Translations under genes and position numbers: made by a program | The notes under the pieces: generated by a model | What the model was told of the DNA's origin: nothing | Databases searched by the model: none | The model's input: only the letters and a program-made list of their open reading frames with translations | NCBI GenBank assembly: GCA_964447285.1 | Contig: CAYURO010000018.1 | Coordinates: 20,522-84,521, forward strand | DNA length: 64,000 nt | Reading direction: 5' to 3' | DNA from: an uncultured Enterobacteriaceae bacterium | Lineage (GTDB): Bacteria; Myxococcota_A; UBA9042 | Shown here: in pieces, positions 56,131 to 64,000 of the stretch | Layout: every line of letters starts with the position of its first letter | Numbering within the stretch: position 1 is the stretch's first letter

Positions 56131-57684
56131 ATGCCGCGCATTTGTCCGACCTGCCAGTTCACTACCGAGGCGCTTCAGTGCCCCGCGGACGGAACGGACA
56201 CCACGCCCCTCGATTCCCCAGCGGGCGGAGGTCTCGTCGGCAAGACCCTCGGCGGCCGCTACCGCGTCACGCGCCTGATCGGCGAGGGCGGTTTTGGTGC
56301 CGTGTATCAGGCCGAGCACTCGGGCACCGGCGACGTGGTGGCCATCAAGGTGCTGCATCCGGAGCAGGCGGACAGCGGCGAGACCACCTCCCGTTTTCAG
56401 CATGAGGCCGCGGTCACTGCGCGCCTGAAGCAGCCCCACACCGTGCGGGTGTTCGACTTTGGCCAGATGGACTCAGGCGCGCTGTACCTGGCGATGGAGT
56501 TTCTGGACGGCCGCACCCTGACCAAGGTCATCGACACAGAGAGTCCGCTGGGGTACGAGCGCATCGGCAGCATCGCGCTGCAGGTGCTGAAGTCGCTGGC
56601 AGAGGCTCACGCGCAAGGGTTGGTGCACCGCGACCTGAAGCCGGACAACATCTTCCTGCAAAACGTCCATGGCGAAGACGACTTTGCCAAGGTGCTGGAC
56701 TTCGGCATCGCCAAGTCGCTGGCGCGGGGCAGCGAGTCGCGGACGGCGGCGGGCGTGATCGTCGGTACCCCGCAGTTCATGAGTCCGGAGCAAGCGCGCG
56801 GAACACCGGTGGACGCGCGAACCGACCTGTACGCACTGGGTTGCATCCTGTTCCATGCGCTGACGGGCAAGTTGGCTTTCGCTTCAGAGAGCGCGATCGA
56901 CACCTTGGTGCAGCGCCTGACCCAGCCTCCGCCCGACGTGCGCGGCCAGTGCCTGACCCCGACGCCCGATGCGATATGCGAGGTGGTCCGCAAGGCGATG
57001 GCCACAGAAGCGAACGACCGCTACGCCTCGGCGCAAGAGATGGCCAAGGCGTTGACGGAGGCGATGAAGAAGTCCAACGCGCCGGGGCCGCAAACGTCAC
57101 GGGTGGCACCGGGGCCTCTTCGTCCGGCCCGTCCGCAGCCGGCCTCGCCTCGCCCGGCGCCGCAGCCTGCAGCGCAACGCCCGGCGACCCGGCCGGTGGC
57201 CGCCGCGCCACAAGTGCCCGAAGAGCGGACCGTCGCCATCGACCTCCTCGCCGCGCCCGCGCCAGCGCCCGCCCGGTTGGCCGTCGCTAAGCCCAAGTCG
57301 GCCGCGGCGTCCGACGCGAACGCGCCGGTGGCGTTGTCCAAGGTTGGATCGTCGAAGTGGATGTGGATAGGCATCGGGGCCGTGCTGGTGGCTGCTGCCG
57401 CGGCGGGAGGCTATGCCGCGCTGCGTCCGGCGCCCGTATCGCCAGACCCGTTGCCGGTCGCATCGTCGGTCCCGGTCGCGCAACCCGTCGCCGATCCGGC
57501 CCCGGCTCCGCCGGCCGAGCCCGTTGCTGCCCCTGCACCCGCCGCGCCAACCCCAGCACTGGTCCAGCCGGCCGCTGTCCCTGCCGCGCCGTCTCAGCCC
57601 GCCGCGGCGCCTGCCAAGGCCAAACCGGTGCGCAAGGCAGCCAAGCCCAAGTCGGCAGCCGCGCCCGAGATTCTGGTGGAGTAG
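56131..57684 (+). CDS. Eukaryotic-like Ser/Thr protein kinase, paralog of the kinase at 6429..8306
   Basis: Zinc ribbon MPRICPTCQ...QCPADG. Hanks motifs GEGGFGAVY, VAIK, HRDLKPDNIF, DFGIA and SPE. Pro/Ala-rich linker. Transmembrane segment WMWIGIGAVLVAAAAAGG. Ala/Pro-rich tail. Confidence 0.85.
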   Translation: MPRICPTCQFTTEALQCPADGTDTTPLDSPAGGGLVGKTLGGRYRVTRLIGEGGFGAVYQAEHSGTGDVVAIKVLHPEQADSGETTSRFQHEAAVTARLKQPHTVRVFDFGQMDSGALYLAMEFLDGRTLTKVIDTESPLGYERIGSIALQVLKSLAEAHAQGLVHRDLKPDNIFLQNVHGEDDFAKVLDFGIAKSLARGSESRTAAGVIVGTPQFMSPEQARGTPVDARTDLYALGCILFHALTGKLAFASESAIDTLVQRLTQPPPDVRGQCLTPTPDAICEVVRKAMATEANDRYASAQEMAKALTEAMKKSNAPGPQTSRVAPGPLRPARPQPASPRPAPQPAAQRPATRPVAAAPQVPEERTVAIDLLAAPAPAPARLAVAKPKSAAASDANAPVALSKVGSSKWMWIGIGAVLVAAAAAGGYAALRPAPVSPDPLPVASSVPVAQPVADPAPAPPAEPVAAPAPAAPTPALVQPAAVPAAPSQPAAAPAKAKPVRKAAKPKSAAAPEILVE

Positions 57685-57745
57685 GAAAGTGGCGGAAGCG
57701 GGCGTGCCGGTCGCGAAGGTCGGGCGACGGGCAGATGACCTGCGA

Positions 57746-58765
57746 TCAACGCTTGGCGACGGGAACGACGATGGCGGGAACAGGCTCGGCGGCGGGTGCG
57801 ACGGGCTTGGGCGGATTGTCCAACAGCGCGTCGAACTTCTGCACGGTTGCCTGGAAGCTGGCGAGCGAACCGGCGTCGAGCTGACGCTGCGTCGTGCCGT
57901 GGTAGTCGATCGGGTCGATCGTCTTGCCGTCGGCCGTATTCAGTTGGTAGTGCAGGTGCGCGCCCGTCGAGCGACCGGTGTTGCCGGACAGCGCGATGAC
58001 CTGGCCCGCCGTGAGTTTGTCGCCCACCTTCACGCGGTTCTCGGACAAGTGCAGGAACTTGGCGATCGTGCCGTCCTCATACTGCACTTCGATGCAGTTG
58101 CCGTTCGCGCTCCAATTCCAGTTGCTGCGGAGCACGACGCCCGGCTTGGGGCAGTTGATCTCGGTGCCGACGTCGGTCTTGAAGTCCATGCCCTTGTGGG
58201 TGGGGCGGTCCTTCAGCAGGCTGGTGACCTGCTCGTAGTCCTCGATTGGCGAGTCGTTCAGGCGGCGAGCGACCTCGGCTCCCTGCTCGTTCCAGTAGCT
58301 CGCATACTTGTCGCCGGGGGCCAGAAAACGGTAGGCGCGGAAGGTCTTGCCCAGTCTGTTGACCTTCAGGCTGGCGACGCCGATCTCCAGCTCCGCCTCT
58401 TCCGTCCAGTGCCAGCCTGCGCGCATCACGTCGCCGGGGTTCAGCTGGCGGCGCAGGTCGACGTCCCAAACGAACAGGCGCGCCCACTCGGCCGAAACGA
58501 GGTCGCCGTCGACCGACGCGTCGCCAAAGTCCTGCGAAGGAGAGCGCTTGAGCGAGACCGTCACGGCCTCCCACTCGCCTTCCGGCACTGCGGCAAGGGC
58601 TGGGGCAGCGGCTTGCGGGGCGGCGGGTTGGGCGGCGGCGGCGGGCTTGGTGGTCTGGGGATCGGGTGCAGACGTGCGAATGAACGCGAGCGCGAGGATC
58701 ACCACCAACGAGACGGCCAGCAGCAGCCAGGGAACGCCAGGCTTGGCGAAGAGCTTGCGGATCAT
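57746..58765 (-). CDS. M23-family metallopeptidase (LytM-like) with an N-terminal membrane anchor
   Basis: HxxxD motif HKGMDF. HxH motif GAHLHYQL. N-terminal transmembrane segment WLLLAVSLVVILALAFI. Ala/Pro-rich linker. Confidence 0.85.
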   Translation of the reverse strand: MIRKLFAKPGVPWLLLAVSLVVILALAFIRTSAPDPQTTKPAAAAQPAAPQAAAPALAAVPEGEWEAVTVSLKRSPSQDFGDASVDGDLVSAEWARLFVWDVDLRRQLNPGDVMRAGWHWTEEAELEIGVASLKVNRLGKTFRAYRFLAPGDKYASYWNEQGAEVARRLNDSPIEDYEQVTSLLKDRPTHKGMDFKTDVGTEINCPKPGVVLRSNWNWSANGNCIEVQYEDGTIAKFLHLSENRVKVGDKLTAGQVIALSGNTGRSTGAHLHYQLNTADGKTIDPIDYHGTTQRQLDAGSLASFQATVQKFDALLDNPPKPVAPAAEPVPAIVVPVAKR

Positions 58766-58892
58766 GAGGCGACCTCCGGGATGCGCGAAAACGGGAAATA
58801 CGACTCGGCGCCCGGGATGCCCTCGGGCTCAAGGCGACGATAATCGTGAACCTGGAGGTGTAAACTTTTTCGCAGAATTCGAGAGGCTGGGC

Positions 58893-60998
<2,106 letters not shown>

Positions 60999-61154
60999 GT
61001 GATTCTGGGGCAGGGGCTCCCAGGCCCCGAGCGGCGCACGGTAGTCCCCGCTTGGCGGAAGGGCAAGCGATCCTGCCGCCTCGCTTGGCGTTCCTCATCG
61101 GTTCTGCTACCGATTCGCCGCGCGCGAGACCCGCGCGCCTTCCGTGGAGTCCCC

Positions 61155-63155
61155 ATGCTGCCCACTGTTCGCACCGCCGCACATCTCGCCTCATGGCGCG
61201 TCATCCTGAGGCTGTGCGCGGGTTTGTCCCTGACCGCGGTCCCCGTCGTTGCGGCAACGCCGTCCGCGCCGCAAGTCACCACCGCCGGAAATCTGGTGCT
61301 GGACGGCGTGCCCGACATCCCGGACGCGCTGGCAGAGCGGATGCTGCAGTACCAGAACGTGCGCGCGGCGGGCCTGCTGGATTGGGACCCGAACGGCCAG
61401 GGTGTGCTGATCAGCACCCGCTTTGGCGAGACCAACCAGCTGCACTTCGTCCAGAAGCCGGGCGGAGCGCGCACCCAGCTGACGTTCTTTCCGGAGCCGG
61501 TGCGCGGCGCGCAGTGGCGTCCGCGCGTGGGCGACCGCGAGGCGCTGCTGTCGATGGATCAGGGCGGTGCCGAGAACGACCAACTGTACCTGTGGCGCTG
61601 GCGCGATGGTCAATCGACGCGGCTGACGGACGGCAAGTCGCGGCACGAGTCGGCGCTGTGGTCGGGGCAGGGGGATCGCATCGCCTACACATCGAACGCC
61701 CGGAACGGCAAGGACTTTGACGTCTACGTGATGAATCCAGACGACCCGGCGACGGCGCGGCGTGTGATCGACCTCGAAGGGTCGTGGCGCATCACGGACT
61801 GGTCGCCGGACGGGTCGAAGCTGCTGCTGCTGCGCTATGTGTCCATCGAAGAGAGCCACCCGTTCGTCCTCGACCTGGCCAAGCGCGACCTCACTCGGCT
61901 GTTCCCAGAGTCGAAGAAGCTGGTGTCGTACGGGACGTTGCGCTGGGGCGAGGGCGGTCGCGTCTGGATCCTGTCCGACGACGGCGGCGAGCTGCAGCGG
62001 CTGGGGCGGCGCGAGGCGGACGGTCAGGTCAAGTGGTTCTCGGCTGAGATCCCTTGGAACGTCGAAGACCTGGACGTGTCGACCGACCTGCGGCAGGTGG
62101 CCTTTGCCGTCAACGAAGACGGCATCTCGCGGGTCTATCTGCTGCCCACGAGCGGCAAGCCCGTGCGCGTCGGTGCGGTGCCAGAGGGCCTGCTGACCGG
62201 GTTGAAGTGGCGCCCGGACGGCAGGGAACTGGGGCTCTCGGTGTCGACGGCCACCACACCCGGCGACGTGTTTTCGGTCGACGCCTTGGGGCGCAAGGTC
62301 GTGCGCTGGACCCAGAGCGAGGTGGGTGGGCTGCCGCAAGAGACGTTTGTCGCGCCGAAGCTGATTCGCTATCCGACGTTCGACCAGGTCAACGGCAAGC
62401 CGCGCGAGATCCCCGCCTTCTGGTACCAGCCGCGGGCGAAGCAAGGGCGCCCCGCGCGCAGTCCGTTCGTGGTGCACATCCACGGGGGCCCCGAGGGCCA
62501 GGCGCGACCGCGGTTCGACCCCACGATCCAGTTCTGGGTCAACGAGTTGGGGGTGGCGGTGCTGGTGCCGAACGTGCGCGGGTCAGACGGCTATGGTCGG
62601 TCGTACCTGGCGCTGGACAACGGCAAGCTGCGCGAGGATTCGGTCCGCGACATCGGGGCTTTGCTCGACTGGGCGGCGACGCAACCGCAGCTCGACGCGA
62701 CAAGGGCGGCGGTCTATGGCGGGTCGTACGGCGGCTACATGGTGCTGGCGAGCCTCGCGAAGTATCCCGACAAGCTGCGGGCGGGCGTAGACGTGGTCGG
62801 CATCAGCCACTTCGTCACGTTTCTGGAGAACACGAAGGGCTATCGCCAGGACCTGCGCCGCGTGGAGTACGGCGACGAGCGCATTCCGGAGATGCGCGCC
62901 TTCTTGCAGGCGATCTCGCCGCTGACCCTGGCCGACCGCATCCGCGCGCCGCTGCTGGTGATTCAGGGCGCGAACGACCCGCGCGTGCCGGCCAGCGAGG
63001 CCGCGCAGATTGTGCAGGCCGTGCGCAAGAACGGCGTCGAGGTCGGGTACCTGCTGGCCAAGGACGAGGGGCACGGCTTCCAGAAGAAGGGCAACCGCGA
63101 CGTGATGGGTCGGGCCGTCGTGGCGTTCTTCGAGCGGTTTCTGGTGCCGAAGTGA
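61155..63155 (+). CDS. S9-family serine peptidase (prolyl oligopeptidase / acylaminoacyl-peptidase type) with an N-terminal beta-propeller
   Basis: GGAG Shine-Dalgarno. Signal peptide. TolB-like propeller blades (WSPDGSKLLLLRY). Catalytic Ser GGSYGGYM, Asp GANDPRV and His DEGHGF. Confidence 0.85.
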   Translation: MLPTVRTAAHLASWRVILRLCAGLSLTAVPVVAATPSAPQVTTAGNLVLDGVPDIPDALAERMLQYQNVRAAGLLDWDPNGQGVLISTRFGETNQLHFVQKPGGARTQLTFFPEPVRGAQWRPRVGDREALLSMDQGGAENDQLYLWRWRDGQSTRLTDGKSRHESALWSGQGDRIAYTSNARNGKDFDVYVMNPDDPATARRVIDLEGSWRITDWSPDGSKLLLLRYVSIEESHPFVLDLAKRDLTRLFPESKKLVSYGTLRWGEGGRVWILSDDGGELQRLGRREADGQVKWFSAEIPWNVEDLDVSTDLRQVAFAVNEDGISRVYLLPTSGKPVRVGAVPEGLLTGLKWRPDGRELGLSVSTATTPGDVFSVDALGRKVVRWTQSEVGGLPQETFVAPKLIRYPTFDQVNGKPREIPAFWYQPRAKQGRPARSPFVVHIHGGPEGQARPRFDPTIQFWVNELGVAVLVPNVRGSDGYGRSYLALDNGKLREDSVRDIGALLDWAATQPQLDATRAAVYGGSYGGYMVLASLAKYPDKLRAGVDVVGISHFVTFLENTKGYRQDLRRVEYGDERIPEMRAFLQAISPLTLADRIRAPLLVIQGANDPRVPASEAAQIVQAVRKNGVEVGYLLAKDEGHGFQKKGNRDVMGRAVVAFFERFLVPK

Positions 63156-63297
63156 CGGGGCGGGGCGGGGCGGGGCAGGTGCGTCCAGTCATGGGGAGGG
63201 CAGCGGGTCTCCTCCTTGCGCCCCCTTCCCCCCTTTGCGACATCCTGTGCTATAGGCGCGGACCCACGCGCATTCGCGCGCCTTTCGGGTGGCCGAC

Positions 63298-63885
63298 ATG
63301 ACCCTGGACATCGTCCTGCTGACCTCCGTTGCCCTGGCCATGGACGCCTGCGCCGTCGCTGCGGGTTGCGCCCTGCGCGTGCCCCGAGTGTCCGCCGCCC
63401 GCACGTTGGAAATGGCATTGGTATTCGGCGGGTTCCAGGCCGTCATGCCGGTGATTGGCTTCTTTCTTGGGGTGGCCTTCACGGGCGCGGTGGCGTCGAT
63501 GGCTCCGTGGATTGCGTTTGCGCTGCTGGTCGGTTTGGGCGGGCGCATGGTGTGGAGCGCCTTCAAGTCCCCCGAGAACAGCGCCGAGGGCAGCGGCCGC
63601 CACGACGACGCGCCTTCGGGTTGGCCCACGTTCACTGCGCTGCTGGGGTTGGGCGTGGCCACCAGCATCGACGCGCTGGCGGTCGGCATCGGCTTTGGTC
63701 TGCTGCAGGTGCCACTGGCGCTTGCGGCGACGGTCATCGGTCTGGTGACGTTCGGGCTGGTGCTGGTCGCGGCGCACGTCGGACGCAAGGCAGGCGCGGC
63801 GCTGGGCCGTCACGCCGAGTGGCTGGGCGGTGCCGTGCTGATCGCGATCGGAATCCGCATTCTGGTCGCGCACTTGCTGGCGTGA
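63298..63885 (+). CDS. mntP: Manganese efflux pump MntP (DUF204)
   Basis: LLTSVALAMDACAVA. Duplicated transmembrane halves with conserved Asp (SIDALAVGIGFGL). About 195 aa. A GTG at 63289 is an alternative start. Confidence 0.75.
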   Translation: MTLDIVLLTSVALAMDACAVAAGCALRVPRVSAARTLEMALVFGGFQAVMPVIGFFLGVAFTGAVASMAPWIAFALLVGLGGRMVWSAFKSPENSAEGSGRHDDAPSGWPTFTALLGLGVATSIDALAVGIGFGLLQVPLALAATVIGLVTFGLVLVAAHVGRKAGAALGRHAEWLGGAVLIAIGIRILVAHLLA

Positions 63886-64000
63886 CCGAGTGCAACTGGA
63901 CAAATATCTATCTTGGTGATGTTCGTCTAGTCGACGGAGATCAGGTCGCGGCGCCCTTGCGCAGCCGTCGGCCGTAGTAGATCTCGAGCATCTCGCGGCG

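Noticed and set aside
63941-64000. Minus-strand 3'-terminal fragment (...RREMLEIYYGRRLRKGAAT*) entering from beyond the window end
   Set aside because: Only 19 codons are visible, too short to assign or even to confirm as coding.

Overview
This is a very GC-rich (about 70%) bacterial chromosomal window. Lipoproteins carrying Myxococcus-type Cys-rich repeats (C-x-DG-x-C / CGNG...CDDGN...DGC), eukaryotic-like Ser/Thr kinases, many hybrid two-component proteins and a sigma-54 activator together point to a myxobacterium-like deltaproteobacterium. I can support about 45 protein-coding genes and see no rRNA, tRNA, CRISPR array, integrase or transposase.

Housekeeping genes are QueG, an ABC-F ATPase, a NUDIX hydrolase, RecX, HemF, RsgA, an OsmC-family protein, MntP and a class-V aminotransferase. 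The remainder is mostly accessory, cell-envelope or signalling content:
- two paralogous secreted proteins with ~24-aa tandem repeats plus a proprotein-convertase P-like domain, one of which also has a fibrinogen-related C-terminal domain;
- two paralogous Ser/Thr kinases with a zinc-ribbon N-terminus;
- a PilZ plus CheR-like methyltransferase fusion whose stop overlaps the start of a large hybrid sensor kinase;
- a 1632-aa HEXXH zincin lipoprotein preceded by a beta-barrel outer-membrane protein;
- a membrane protein with a (G)MPQG tandem-repeat tail;
- a carbamate kinase, YgeW-like carbamoyltransferase and YgeY-like M20 hydrolase triad;
- M23 and S9 peptidases.

Many long ORFs in the supplied track run antisense to these genes. 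I treat them as high-GC artefacts. Start coordinates come from frame arithmetic on the ORF track plus signal-peptide and Shine-Dalgarno context, and several are uncertain by a few codons.
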